This document shows positions 7,332-17,327 of a DNA stretch of 31,504 bases, one piece after another. The DNA is from a virus. Taxonomy: Duplodnaviria > Caudoviricetes. The stretch covers positions 1 to 31,504 of IMG/VR virus record IMGVR_UViG_3300032257_000079; one strand, 5' to 3'. The notes below the pieces were generated by a model, which was not told the origin of the DNA, ran no database searches, and saw nothing but the letters and a program-made list of their open reading frames with translations. Position 1 is the first letter of the stretch. Every line of letters starts with the position of its first letter. Both the position numbers and the translations under genes were made by a program.

Positions 7332-8787
7332 TAATCAACAACCGCCGACCGGCGCCCGGGCACGCATAAAAAATCAGGTCGATGGTGGTAATGTAACGGC
7401 CATGCCGCCGGCCACCATCCAGCGTCCGAATATGATGTTTTTTGATCCAGAAGAACTCAACGAAAAATATGCCGTTGTCATGGTCGGATCGAAGACCATG
7501 ATTTTAGAAGAAAATTTCAATGATTTTGAAGACCAGGACGATCGCGTTCCAGCACAGGATCGGTTGCGATTTATGGCCTTTGATGCGCTTGAAAAATGGA
7601 TGGCGAACGATTTGCTGTACGACAAGGATAAGGACAAGGAAGTCGCTAAATCCCGCGTGTGGTTGGCGTCGCCCAGGCGGCGACAATTTCGCGGTGTGGT
7701 GTTTGAACCCGAAGGCGCGCCGGGCGGATATTATAATCTCTGGCGCGGTTGGGCGGTGGAACCGTCGGAAAATGGATCTTGTAAAAAATTCAAAGATCAT
7801 ATGATGACAAATCTTTGTAACAACGATCAGGATTTGTTTAACCGGGTGTTTGGCTGGGCGGCGCATATATTCCAGCGACCCACAGAACGGTTAGGTGTGG
7901 CCTTGGCAATCCGTGGCGGTAAAGGCACCGGGAAAACTTTTTTTGGTGAAGCCATCGGCTATTTAATGGGGTCGCATCATTTGTTGGTTGATGACAGCCG
8001 CTATGTCACCGGGAATTTTAACGCACATATGGCCAGTTTGTTGTTGTTGCAAGCCGACGAAGGTTTTTGGGCGGGGGATGTTGCCGCCGAAGGGCGATTA
8101 AAAGGCCTGGTCACATCAAAAACACAAATGATCGAAGCCAAAGGTGTCGACGCTATTTCTGTTAAAAATTATCTGCGGTTAATGGTTACATCAAACGAAG
8201 ACTGGGTGGTGCCGGCGTCATACGATGAACGACGATTTATGGTCATTGATTGCGCCGATTATGCCAAACAAAACCGCCAATATTTTAAAGAAATCGATGA
8301 TGAATTGAAAAACGGCGGATATGAACGGCTGCTTTTCGAATTATTGAATTTTGATTTATCGCTAGCGCATTTGGGTGATATTCCGCAAACCGATGCCTTG
8401 GTCGAACAAAAATTACGCACGTTAAAACCGGAACGGCAGTGGTGGTACGAATGTTTGCACCGGGGCTGGATCACCCACGGTAAATGGCAAGACATTATCG
8501 ATAAAAACAATGTGCATAAAAACTACAAATCGTTTTGTGATGATTTGGGGGTTAAACATCGGCGGTCGATGTCTGAATTGGTTAGGGGCACGTTAAAACC
8601 TTTGGTGCCGGGGATATCCGAAAAACGAAAAACCGTTGATGATGGTGTTCGGGTACGATCGTTTGTGTTCCCAAACCTTGATGCGTGCCGGGATGCCTTT
8701 GATGAATGGATCGGCGGGCGCGTGCCGTGGTCCGATTTGCCTGAAATTTACGAAACCAAAGAAGAATTTGACGACGATCCGATTTAG
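7324..8787 (+). CDS. Primase-associated SF3 helicase (D5/DUF5906-like)
   Basis: Walker A GGKGTGKT, Walker B LLLQADE, MVTSN and DERRF motifs. Confidence 0.9.
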   Translation: MDDNQQPPTGARARIKNQVDGGNVTAMPPATIQRPNMMFFDPEELNEKYAVVMVGSKTMILEENFNDFEDQDDRVPAQDRLRFMAFDALEKWMANDLLYDKDKDKEVAKSRVWLASPRRRQFRGVVFEPEGAPGGYYNLWRGWAVEPSENGSCKKFKDHMMTNLCNNDQDLFNRVFGWAAHIFQRPTERLGVALAIRGGKGTGKTFFGEAIGYLMGSHHLLVDDSRYVTGNFNAHMASLLLLQADEGFWAGDVAAEGRLKGLVTSKTQMIEAKGVDAISVKNYLRLMVTSNEDWVVPASYDERRFMVIDCADYAKQNRQYFKEIDDELKNGGYERLLFELLNFDLSLAHLGDIPQTDALVEQKLRTLKPERQWWYECLHRGWITHGKWQDIIDKNNVHKNYKSFCDDLGVKHRRSMSELVRGTLKPLVPGISEKRKTVDDGVRVRSFVFPNLDACRDAFDEWIGGRVPWSDLPEIYETKEEFDDDPI

Positions 8788-8852
8788 TCCAGCCAATGGC
8801 CGGGCAATGTCCGGCGTTGTGATGGTCTGAAACACGCAGAAATCTGCGATAG

Positions 8853-9023
8853 GTCCAGTGTGTCCAACCAGTCCACCCAGTTTGTTACATGTACGTAGGC
8901 GCGAATATGCATATTGAATATGTGGTTGGACTGGTTGGACTGGTTGGACATAAGTAATAAAATCAATGGCTTAAGCGGTTTAAATAAGTCCACCCAAAAA
9001 TTACAAAGGTGGACTGGTTGGAC
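8853..9023. repeat. Iteron-like repeats with IHF site: putative replication origin
   Basis: TGGTTGGAC x3 tandem (8923-8949), inverted copy GTCCAACCAGTCCA (8862-8875), GGTGGACTGGTTGGAC (9008-9023); AATCAATGGCTTA (8961-8973) matches IHF consensus WATCAANNNNTTR; immediately after the helicase. Confidence 0.7.
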
Positions 9024-9046
9024 AGAAAAACAGAAAGGAATAATCG

Positions 9047-9478
9047 ATGAGGAAAGTTCAAACGGTACAAGAAAATCAAAGTCATGATGCTATGTCAGCG
9101 GCGCGGGCCGGTGTTGTTGAATGGTTGTTTGAATGTGGCGGTCTTGTCCGCCGTGATGTATTGCCGGATGATATCCGTAGGTTGGTTGGTGCTGTATCCA
9201 GTTTGCCTGATTTTATCCGTGATAAAAATGATTATGCCGGTGATGTTAAAGTTAAACGGCGGGGGCTGTCAGTAGAAGATCATGCGACCTTAGAAAAGTT
9301 TCTGGATGTGATTGTAAGGCTGCCTGCTAATGAACGGCGTGCAGTTTTTGGTAAAGCATGTGGTTATTCTTTTCGAAAGATCGCAAAATCATATCATAAT
9401 GGAATATCCCATCATATTGTTAGACGCAGGTATTATGCTGGAATTACAACGCTTTTGATTTATTTTCAAAAAAAATAA
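9047..9478 (+). CDS. Late-transcription regulator (sigma region-4-like HTH, Q-like position)
   Basis: LPANERRAVFGKACGYSFRKIAK...GISHHIVRRRY; last early gene, directly before a promoter-terminator unit. Confidence 0.7.
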   Translation: MRKVQTVQENQSHDAMSAARAGVVEWLFECGGLVRRDVLPDDIRRLVGAVSSLPDFIRDKNDYAGDVKVKRRGLSVEDHATLEKFLDVIVRLPANERRAVFGKACGYSFRKIAKSYHNGISHHIVRRRYYAGITTLLIYFQKK

Positions 9479-9486
9479 AAAAAGAT

Positions 9487-9516
9487 GTGACAAACGTCCC
9501 AGAATTAGGCTATAAA
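9487..9516 (+). promoter_or_regulatory. Putative late promoter (pR'-like)
   Basis: GTGACA 9487-9492, 18 nt, TATAAA 9511-9516. Confidence 0.5.
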
Positions 9517-9535
9517 AAGATTATGGTTATAGAAA

Positions 9536-9568
9536 TCCGCCCGGAAATATCCGAGGCGGTTTTTTTTA
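9536..9568 (+). terminator. Intrinsic terminator (tR'-like) ahead of late genes
   Basis: CCGCCCGGA-AATA-TCCGAGGCGG hairpin followed by a T run. Confidence 0.75.
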
Positions 9569-9579
9569 TGGGAAAAGCA

Positions 9580-10194
9580 ATGATTAGTCTTAGCGTCAAA
9601 TCGAATATCAAATCATTTACGCGGGGCTTAGATAAAATACAAAAGAAAGAATTGCCAACAGCAATCAGGAATGCGTTAAGCGATACGGCGTTTGATGTTC
9701 GAAAGCGGATTGTTAACAGAACGTTTCCAAGATCATTTAATCTCAGGAATAAACGGTTTGCTTCACAAGCCATGCGGGTGAAGAAAGCCACAAAAACAAA
9801 TCTGGTTGCCAGTGTGTTTGATCCCAAACGTCGGGAATGGTTAGCCCGTCATGTGACGGGTGGAATTAAAAAGCCCCGTGGGCGCAATCTCGCTATTCCT
9901 GTTGGCATTAAACGATTGGCATCTGGAAAGATTGGTAAGGCTAAACGGCCTAGAGCATTATTAAATAAACCAAAAACGTTTGCAGTTAAAAATGATAAAG
10001 GTCGATTGCACGCTGGGATATATCAGCGTCGTGGTAAAAAACAATATCCGATTAAACTTCTATATATTTTTTCCTCATCTGCTGCAATTCGTCGTCGGTT
10101 TCCATTTTATGAAGATGCGAACAGTACTGCGACCCGTTCGTTCCCAAATAAATTCCGTCGTGAATTATCATTCGCGCTCCGGCGGGCACGTTAG
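9580..10194 (+). CDS. Basic phage morphogenesis protein (lambda gpZ-like tail completion family)
   Basis: ATG 9580 after GGGAAAAG; very K/R-rich; ISLSVKSNIKSFTRGL...AIRNALSDTA N-terminus and FRRELSFALRRAR C-terminus typical of gpZ-like genes placed before terS. Confidence 0.65.
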   Translation: MISLSVKSNIKSFTRGLDKIQKKELPTAIRNALSDTAFDVRKRIVNRTFPRSFNLRNKRFASQAMRVKKATKTNLVASVFDPKRREWLARHVTGGIKKPRGRNLAIPVGIKRLASGKIGKAKRPRALLNKPKTFAVKNDKGRLHAGIYQRRGKKQYPIKLLYIFSSSAAIRRRFPFYEDANSTATRSFPNKFRRELSFALRRAR

Positions 10195-10212
10195 CTTCCG
10201 CGTTAAATAAAT

Positions 10213-10257
10213 GGGTCCTTCCAGCGGTGAGTCTGTCACGGGTAACGCGAGACCGTG
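10213..10257 (+). other. cos-like packaging site (cosQ plus cosN)
   Basis: GGGTCCT (10213-10219) is identical to lambda cosQ; followed by dyad CACGG-GTAACGCGAGA-CCGTG (10237-10257), about 70 bp upstream of terS. Confidence 0.7.
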
Positions 10258-10327
10258 GAAAAAACGTAATTTTTTATTCTGTTGGGGGGTTCTTTTTCTT
10301 TTGTTGTTTATGTCGTAGGGACAAATC

Positions 10328-10891
10328 ATGACTGACAAAGACGTTCTGGTAAGCCGCGCGGATATAGCGGAAGCCTTCGGTGTGTCTTTGCCGACCATTG
10401 ATAATTGGTTTAAGGATGATGATTTTCCAACTGCGAAAGAGAATGGCGGACAAGGCAAGGCATACCAGTTCAGTCTTAATGATGTTCGTAACTGGTACGA
10501 AAAACGCCAGTTAAGAAAAACCGAAGAAGACAAACAACGCCGTGAGGCCATTAGAAAATTACAATCCGAACTGGATCTTGAAGGTGGCGAAGCCAATGGC
10601 ATCGATGCCCTGCCATCAAAAGCTAGAAAAGAATATTACGATGCCGAGGCTCGTCGCATGTCTGTCGCCAGACAGCGTGGCGAACTGATGGAATCGTCGA
10701 TTGTCGAAAAAGAATTTGAACAAATTTTGCAAACGATCGCTCGTTTTTTACAGGCCCTGCCCGATCAACTGGCCCGTGACTGCGATTTGAAACCGGGTGT
10801 TGTCGGCACCATTCAGGAAAAAGTTGATCAGCATCAAGAAGGACTGGCGCGAATGATGATGGCAAAACGAAAACTTGCCGATGTCGCATAA
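10328..10891 (+). CDS. terS: Terminase small subunit (Nu1/DUF1441-like)
   Basis: N-terminal HTH SRADIAEAFGVSLPTIDNW, coiled coil, LQALPDQLARDC; overlaps terL. Confidence 0.9.
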   Translation: MTDKDVLVSRADIAEAFGVSLPTIDNWFKDDDFPTAKENGGQGKAYQFSLNDVRNWYEKRQLRKTEEDKQRREAIRKLQSELDLEGGEANGIDALPSKARKEYYDAEARRMSVARQRGELMESSIVEKEFEQILQTIARFLQALPDQLARDCDLKPGVVGTIQEKVDQHQEGLARMMMAKRKLADVA

Positions 10892-13037
10892 TGTCGATCT
10901 GTCATTATTGATCCCGGATGCGGAACCCTTGCCGCCATTTGCCGATCCAGTTGCCGCACGAATGCGCGCTGCCGAAGTTCTCCTGCCGCCAAAGCGAATG
11001 CAGGTTGCCGAAGCTGCCGAGCGTTACCGCATTGTTCACAATCCCGGCGGTGGTTACACCGGGCCATGGGATAACGCCATGACGCCTTACATGGTTGAAC
11101 CCATGAATATGTTAACCAGCCGTTTGTTCGAGGCTGAAATATTTGTCGGTCCGGCTCAGTCCGGGAAAACCGATGCACTGATTTTGAACTGGGCAGGTCA
11201 CGGTATGGTTTGCGATCCGGCTGATATGCTGATTGTGCAAACGACCAAAGACCAAGCCCGAGATTTTTCTAAACGCCGTGTCGATCGCATGATCAGGCAC
11301 AGCCCTGACATACTGGCGCGCACGTCACAGTTAAAGGCCGACAACAACGTCTTTGATAAAATTTTCAGGGGCGGCATTCTGACCCTTGGCTTTCCGTCGA
11401 TCGATGTGTTGTCGTCAAAACCGATTCCGCGGGTGGCGTTTACAGACTACGACCGGATGACTGAAAATGTTGACGGCGAAGGCGCACCATTTGATTTAGG
11501 CCGAACCCGGACCAGAACGTTCGGATCTGCCGGCATGACTTTGGCTGAAAGTTCACCGGGCCGTCCGGTACAAAAACCAAAGTGGACCCCGCCCGAAGGC
11601 GAACCACACCGGGCCCCACCGACAACCGGTGTGTTGGCTCTTTACAATCGTGGCGACCGTCGGCGGTGGCATTGGCCGTGTCCGCATTGTGGCGAATATT
11701 TTGAAGGAGAATTTGACAACCTGAACTGGCCTGATGGCGCAAGCCCCGAAGAAGCCGCCCAATCCGTCACCATGACATGCCCTGCCAACGGGTGCGTGAT
11801 TGAACCTAAACACAGAAAATCTATGAACGCATCCGGCATCTGGGTAACAGAAGGATGTTGGATAGCACCTGATGGCACAGCCCGAGGCACAGCCCGATCA
11901 TCGTCGATCGTATCATATTGGTTAAAAGGAACCGCCGCGGCATTTTCGACTTGGGGCGAACTGGTTAAAAAATACATCGAAGCCGTTACGGATTTTGAAA
12001 CCACCGGCTCCGAAGAAACCATCAAGACAACGACTAACGTCGATCAAGGATTGCCCTACCTGCCTAAAGCGGCAGAACACGAAGGCTCCCTCGAAGCCCA
12101 GGACCTGATCGACCGTGCCGAAGATTATTCGCTCCGGGTTGTACCAGACGGCGCACGGTTCCTGATCGCATCTGTCGATGTGCAATCGAACCGGTTTGAT
12201 GTGATGATCCGCGCATTCGGGCCCGGTCTTGAAAGCTGGGTTGTCGATTGGTTCACGATTTTTAAAGCCCCGTCGGCTGGCGGCGGTGACCAACCCGTCG
12301 ATCCAGCGACAAGGCTCGAAGACTGGGGCCTGTTGTTGACCGGTGTGCTGGCAAAAACCTATCCGCTGGCGGACAAATCCGGCGTCATGTCGATCGCCCG
12401 CATGGTGGTTGACAGCGGGGGCGCGGCAGGGGTGACCGATAACGCATACGATTTTTGGCGGCTCACGTGCCGCAAGCACAATAAACGCCGGGCTGTGTTG
12501 TTGTTAAAAGGCACCGGTGCACCGACTGCACCACGGTTCGCACGTCGCTTGCCTGACAGCGAACGCAAAGACAGAAAAGCCAAGGCCCGCGGCGAAGTCC
12601 CCGTCGGCTTTTTTAATTCGAACCTGATGAAAGACGCCCTTGATGCCCAGCTAAGACGCGAAGACGAAGGCGCAAAACGACTGCATTTGTCATCCGATTT
12701 ACTGGATGACAAACCGCCACATACATTTTTTGAACAGGCCACAGCCGAAGCCAGACAACCAGACGGCAAATGGAAAAAAACTAAAGCCCGAAATGAAGTC
12801 ATCGATTTATTGGTGATGTCCCATGCCGGTGCACTTAGCCTGAAAGCCGATCGCATCGTTTGGGATCACCCAAAAAACACACCGGGCTGGGCTCGGGCTT
12901 GGGCTGAAAACAGCATGGTCGAACATGTGAAAACAAAAACTGAAACCGACGTTAAAACCGACCCATCGACCCCGACCAAAGTCAAACGACAACGCCATGG
13001 TAATCGCCGCGGTGGTTTCGTCAACAGTTGGAGATAG
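10875..13037 (+). CDS. terL: Terminase large subunit (lambda GpA family)
   Basis: TPYMVEPM, GPAQSGKT Walker A, CPHCGEYF, VDVQ, VDSGG and RNEVIDL motifs. Confidence 0.96.
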   Translation: MPMSHNVDLSLLIPDAEPLPPFADPVAARMRAAEVLLPPKRMQVAEAAERYRIVHNPGGGYTGPWDNAMTPYMVEPMNMLTSRLFEAEIFVGPAQSGKTDALILNWAGHGMVCDPADMLIVQTTKDQARDFSKRRVDRMIRHSPDILARTSQLKADNNVFDKIFRGGILTLGFPSIDVLSSKPIPRVAFTDYDRMTENVDGEGAPFDLGRTRTRTFGSAGMTLAESSPGRPVQKPKWTPPEGEPHRAPPTTGVLALYNRGDRRRWHWPCPHCGEYFEGEFDNLNWPDGASPEEAAQSVTMTCPANGCVIEPKHRKSMNASGIWVTEGCWIAPDGTARGTARSSSIVSYWLKGTAAAFSTWGELVKKYIEAVTDFETTGSEETIKTTTNVDQGLPYLPKAAEHEGSLEAQDLIDRAEDYSLRVVPDGARFLIASVDVQSNRFDVMIRAFGPGLESWVVDWFTIFKAPSAGGGDQPVDPATRLEDWGLLLTGVLAKTYPLADKSGVMSIARMVVDSGGAAGVTDNAYDFWRLTCRKHNKRRAVLLLKGTGAPTAPRFARRLPDSERKDRKAKARGEVPVGFFNSNLMKDALDAQLRREDEGAKRLHLSSDLLDDKPPHTFFEQATAEARQPDGKWKKTKARNEVIDLLVMSHAGALSLKADRIVWDHPKNTPGWARAWAENSMVEHVKTKTETDVKTDPSTPTKVKRQRHGNRRGGFVNSWR

Positions 13038-13043
13038 CAGATA

Positions 13044-13607
13044 GTGCCCAACAATATACCCACCAACGAACCGCAGGAATTGGTTGCCGGTGATACCTGG
13101 GAATGGACCCGGTCACTGGCCGATTATCCTGCACCGACGTGGTCGCTTGTTTATCATTTTCATAAATCGGGCAATACGTTTAACGTAACAGCAACAACAT
13201 CTGGCACCGATCATGCGGTGACAATTGCCAAAGGAACAACGGCAAACTATGTTGCGGGCACATATATGTGGGATGCCTACGTCGATAATGGCACAAAACG
13301 ATACCGTGTCGATTCTGGCACGCTGATTGTCCTGCCTGATTTGACAACGGGCACGGCAACGGATCGTCGCAGTCACGCAAAAATCACACTGGACGCTATC
13401 GAAGCCGTGATCGAAGGCCGCGCCGCCAAAGATCAGGAAAGCTACAGCATCAACGGTCGCTCGTTATCTCGTACATCCATTCCTGATTTGCTGGTGCTCA
13501 GGGACCGATACAAAGCCGAAGTCGCTCTTGAAGCCCGCGCCGACCGTATCAATAACGGCCTTGGTCACAAAGGCCGGGTACTGGTCCGTTTCGGTCGGGC
13601 TAGGTAA
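13044..13607 (+). CDS. Head-tail joining protein (gpW-like C-terminus with beta-rich N-terminal domain)
   Basis: Between terL and portal; LDAIEAVIEGRA...SYSINGRSLSRTSIPDLL..RDRYKAEV resembles gpW. Confidence 0.7.
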   Translation: MPNNIPTNEPQELVAGDTWEWTRSLADYPAPTWSLVYHFHKSGNTFNVTATTSGTDHAVTIAKGTTANYVAGTYMWDAYVDNGTKRYRVDSGTLIVLPDLTTGTATDRRSHAKITLDAIEAVIEGRAAKDQESYSINGRSLSRTSIPDLLVLRDRYKAEVALEARADRINNGLGHKGRVLVRFGRAR

Positions 13608-13610
13608 TTT

Positions 13611-15113
13611 ATGGGATATTTAAATAATCTGAAACGGGCATTGCTTGGCAAGGCCCGGCCAAACAGTGTGTCTGGATCGAGGGCTTTCAACGCCGCCATT
13701 GTCAATCGTTTGACGTCAGATTGGACGACCACAAATAAATCAATAAATGCTGAATTGCGATCATCACTGCGCCCGCTGCGGGCCCGTTCGCGGGACCTTG
13801 TGCAAAATAATGACTACGCAAAAAAATTGATGAACATGGTTGCCGCTGGTGTGGTCGGGCCCAAAGGCATTATTCTGCAAGCCCGTGTTTTACAGGATGA
13901 TTTTGTCACCGCTGACAAGGTTGCCAATGATAAAATTGAACGGGCGTGGACGGCATGGGGGCGTCGCGGTATTTGCACCATGGATGGTCGTTTGTCATGG
14001 CAAGACGCTGAAAATTTAATCATCAAATCCATCGCTCGTGACGGTGAAATTTTGATCCGCAAAATCCCCGGGCGTCAGGCCGGAAATGATTTTGGCTTTG
14101 CCATTCAACTGATCGAAGCTGACCATCTGGATGAAGATTTATGCCGCGATCTTGGCTCTGGAAACCGGATATACATGGGCGTTGAAACCAATCAATGGTC
14201 CCGGCCCGTTGCCTATCATGTGCTGACCCGCCATCCGGGTGATGAAACCTATCTTTACGGCGGGCGGCGTTATTTGCGCATCCCGGCGGATGAAATTATT
14301 CACCCATTTGTGTCCGACCGCGCCCAACAAACCCGAGGTGTGCCGTGGATGCACGCGGGTATGCAACGTCTGCAAATGCTGGGCGGTTATGAAGAAGCCG
14401 AATTGACGGCGGCGCGCGTGTCGGCGGCGAAAATGGGTTTTATTACAACACCCACCGGCGAAGATTACCCGGGCGATGATACCGACGCCTTCGGCAACAC
14501 CATCACCGAAGCCGAACCGGGATCGTTTGAACAGTTGCCCGCCGGGTCGGACATGAAAATGTTTGACCCCAAACATCCAACCGATGCCTTCGGGACGTTT
14601 TGCAAAACTATGTTACGGGGGTTTGCCGCGGGCGTTGGTGTTTCATACAACGGCCTCGCGAATGATTTGGAAGGCGTTAACTTTTCATCACTTCGCCACG
14701 GCCTGAATGACGAACGTGATGGCTGGCGGGTTTTACAAACATGGTTGATTTCATCGGTACATGATCAGGTGTTTGAAGAATGGCTGACATGGTCATTGAC
14801 CACCGGCGCGCTGGCGTTGCCGATGAATAAATTCGCTAAATTCAATCATGTGATTTGGCAGCCCCGTGGTTGGGCGTGGGTTGATCCTGAAAAAGAAATT
14901 AAAGCCAATATTCTGGCGATTGATAAACATCTTAAATCCCGTTCTGAAATAATGGGCGAACAAGGTCGCGATTTAACCGATACGTTCCAGCAATTAAAAT
15001 CTGAACAGGAACTGGCCAGCACCATGGGGTTGACCCTGACGGATGCCAATACCGATCAGCCGATGACACCATCAGAAACAGGAGACACCAATGCCGAAAC
15101 AGAAAACAATTAA
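13611..15113 (+). CDS. Portal protein, lambda family
   Basis: LRARSRDLVQNNDYAK, RDGE, QLIEADHLD, QTRGVPW, VNFSSLR, WVDPEKE motifs. Confidence 0.96.
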   Translation: MGYLNNLKRALLGKARPNSVSGSRAFNAAIVNRLTSDWTTTNKSINAELRSSLRPLRARSRDLVQNNDYAKKLMNMVAAGVVGPKGIILQARVLQDDFVTADKVANDKIERAWTAWGRRGICTMDGRLSWQDAENLIIKSIARDGEILIRKIPGRQAGNDFGFAIQLIEADHLDEDLCRDLGSGNRIYMGVETNQWSRPVAYHVLTRHPGDETYLYGGRRYLRIPADEIIHPFVSDRAQQTRGVPWMHAGMQRLQMLGGYEEAELTAARVSAAKMGFITTPTGEDYPGDDTDAFGNTITEAEPGSFEQLPAGSDMKMFDPKHPTDAFGTFCKTMLRGFAAGVGVSYNGLANDLEGVNFSSLRHGLNDERDGWRVLQTWLISSVHDQVFEEWLTWSLTTGALALPMNKFAKFNHVIWQPRGWAWVDPEKEIKANILAIDKHLKSRSEIMGEQGRDLTDTFQQLKSEQELASTMGLTLTDANTDQPMTPSETGDTNAETENN

Positions 15114-16959
15114 AACGCCAAAACTGACCCGTGCTGCGACCATTACGCGCCTACATAGCGATGGTGAGGGTGAAAATGACCGCACTATTGATTTGTCGTT
15201 CTCGTCCGAAGACCCGGTGACCCGGTGGTTTGGTGATGAAATTCTTGATCACGGTCAAAGTTCCGTTGATCTGAACTGGTTCCGGGGCGGCACCGCGCCG
15301 CTTTTACTGGACCACAACCCTGAAAAACAAATCGGGGTGATCGAAAGCGCAAGCATCGGGGGCGACCTGCGCGGTCGTGCCACCGTCCGGTTTGGTAAAA
15401 ACTCGCTTGCCGAAGAAACGCTGGCCGATGTCCGTGACGGCATTCGCGCCAATATCTCTGTTGGGTACCGTATCAATCGCATGGTTTTGGAAGAAACCGG
15501 GGATGATGTCGGCAGTGACATCTACCGCGCGGTGGATTGGGGCCCGCTTGAAATCAGCATCGTTTCTGTTCCCGCCGACATGACCGTCGGCATCGGACGT
15601 GACGGCGATGCTCAACCTGAATTTGAAACCATTATTGAAGGAATTAAAAAAATGCCCGAACAAAACACAACACCCGAAACTGGAACCCGCGGCGCCGTGG
15701 CACCAGTTCCCGCCCAGCCCAAAATTGACGAAGCCGCGGTCCGTGACGCCATCCAGAAAAAGGAACTGTCGCGCATCAATGAAATCACGGCCATGGGGCA
15801 ACGCCATGGTATGGTTGATGACGCCAACCGCGCCATTTCACAAAATGTCACCCTTGATGACTTCAGGATTCAGGTGCTGGATAAAGTCGCCGAACGCTCA
15901 CCGGCTGATATCAAACGTGCCGAAGAACCAGAAATTGGTTTGACAGCGAAAGAAGCCGACAGCTTTTCTTTTGTTCGCGCCCTTAACGCCATCGCTAATC
16001 CTAATGATCGCCGGGCACAGGAAGCCGCTGGCTTTGAACATGAATGTTCAGTCGCCGCTGGTAAACGCATGGGTAAAACGGCACAAGGTATTATGGTCCC
16101 GGTCGATGTCATGAAACGTGATCTGAATGTTGGAACAACTACCGCCGGCGGCAACCTTGTTGCAACTGATTTGTTGCCGGGATCATTTATTGATCTGTTG
16201 CGCAACGCGATGGTGATGGACCAAGTCGGTGCCACCTTGTTGACGGACTTGAACGGCAACATTGCCATTCCAAAACAAACTGGCGGTGCGACTTCCTATT
16301 GGATTGGGACCGAAGGTGGATCGCCCACGGAAAGCCAGCAAACTATTGGTCAAGTGGCATTGTCGCCCAAAACATTGGGGGCCTTTACGGACTACACCCG
16401 GCAATTATTGATGCAATCATCAATCAGCATCGAAAATTTTGTCCGCATGGATTTATCCCGCGTCATTGCTTTGGCCATTGATCTGGCATCGCTTTACGGA
16501 ACCGGATCATCCGGACAACCGACTGGTGTGTCGCAAACCACCGGCATCAATACAACAACGTTTGCCGGGGCTGACCCAACATTTGGCGAAGTTGTTGCCA
16601 TGGAAACGGCGGTATCCGTCGATAATGCCGATGTTGGTAACCTGTCTTATGTCACTGACGCGGCTATGCGGGGGGCTTTTAAAACCACGGAAAAAGCATC
16701 CGGAACCGCGCAATTTATTTGGGAACCCGGTAACACAGTTAACGGTTACAACTGTCCGATTTCCAATCAGGTTACAGATGGTGATGTGTTTTATGGAAAC
16801 TGGTCGGATCTGTTGATCGGGATGTGGGGCGGGCTTGATCTAACTATTGATCCTTACACGTCTTCGACCAGCGGCACGGTCCGGATTGTGGCTCTGCAAT
16901 CGATGGACTTGGCGGTGCGCAATGCGGTCAGTTTCTGTCATTCAAATGACGCAGCCTGA
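15091..16959 (+). CDS. Prohead protease - major capsid protein fusion (HK97 fold)
   Basis: N-terminal PLLLDH...SVGY...EISIVSVPAD protease; C-terminal GGNLVATD...FIDLLRN...YGNWSDLLIGMWGGL capsid. Confidence 0.93.
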   Translation: MPKQKTIKTPKLTRAATITRLHSDGEGENDRTIDLSFSSEDPVTRWFGDEILDHGQSSVDLNWFRGGTAPLLLDHNPEKQIGVIESASIGGDLRGRATVRFGKNSLAEETLADVRDGIRANISVGYRINRMVLEETGDDVGSDIYRAVDWGPLEISIVSVPADMTVGIGRDGDAQPEFETIIEGIKKMPEQNTTPETGTRGAVAPVPAQPKIDEAAVRDAIQKKELSRINEITAMGQRHGMVDDANRAISQNVTLDDFRIQVLDKVAERSPADIKRAEEPEIGLTAKEADSFSFVRALNAIANPNDRRAQEAAGFEHECSVAAGKRMGKTAQGIMVPVDVMKRDLNVGTTTAGGNLVATDLLPGSFIDLLRNAMVMDQVGATLLTDLNGNIAIPKQTGGATSYWIGTEGGSPTESQQTIGQVALSPKTLGAFTDYTRQLLMQSSISIENFVRMDLSRVIALAIDLASLYGTGSSGQPTGVSQTTGINTTTFAGADPTFGEVVAMETAVSVDNADVGNLSYVTDAAMRGAFKTTEKASGTAQFIWEPGNTVNGYNCPISNQVTDGDVFYGNWSDLLIGMWGGLDLTIDPYTSSTSGTVRIVALQSMDLAVRNAVSFCHSNDAA

Positions 16960-16979
16960 TCCATCCTGAAACCGTAATC

Positions 16980-17007
16980 GGTCCGGGCGGGGAAACCTGC
17001 CCGGACC
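16980..17007 (+). terminator. Strong hairpin after capsid gene (no U tract; stabiliser or partial terminator)
   Basis: GGTCCGGGCGGG-GAAA-CCTGCCCGGACC, 12-bp stem with GNRA loop. Confidence 0.6.
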
Positions 17008-17024
17008 ATAACCGGAGCAATCCA

Positions 17025-17324
17025 ATGAAAGTTAAAATTTTTAAAGATACTGTTGGCGGCGGTAAACGCTTGTCGGCGGGTAAAACCTGCGACTTGCCTG
17101 ATGATGACGCGCGCATCCTGATCCGAATGGGTCGCGCTGAAATGGTAATGTCCAAGGCTGAAAAAAAAGCCGTAACCAACGCCGAACGTGAAGCCCGCGC
17201 CAAAGCATCTGGTCAACCATTGGCCGGCGGCAACGGCACCGCCGACAAACCTGATGGCACCGATGACAACACTGACAACACTGGTGACGTCGATGACGGC
17301 GATGCCACAGAAACGGAGACTTAA
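17025..17324 (+). CDS. Small head-associated hypothetical protein with acidic tail
   Basis: GGAG RBS; G...DLPDDDARILIRMGRAE motif common in genes following capsid genes. Confidence 0.75.
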   Translation: MKVKIFKDTVGGGKRLSAGKTCDLPDDDARILIRMGRAEMVMSKAEKKAVTNAEREARAKASGQPLAGGNGTADKPDGTDDNTDNTGDVDDGDATETET

Positions 17325-17327
17325 CCA

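Noticed and set aside
8784-8993. 69-aa minus ORF with SNQSNQSNH repeat
   Set aside because: Translation artefact of the 9-bp iterons
8853-9023. Possible CRISPR array
   Set aside because: Repeats are 9 bp, tandem or inverted, without unique 30-40 bp spacers; no cas genes
9487-9579. GTG start at 9487 for the gpZ-like gene
   Set aside because: Would span the putative late promoter and terminator; ATG 9580 has an RBS and a typical N-terminus
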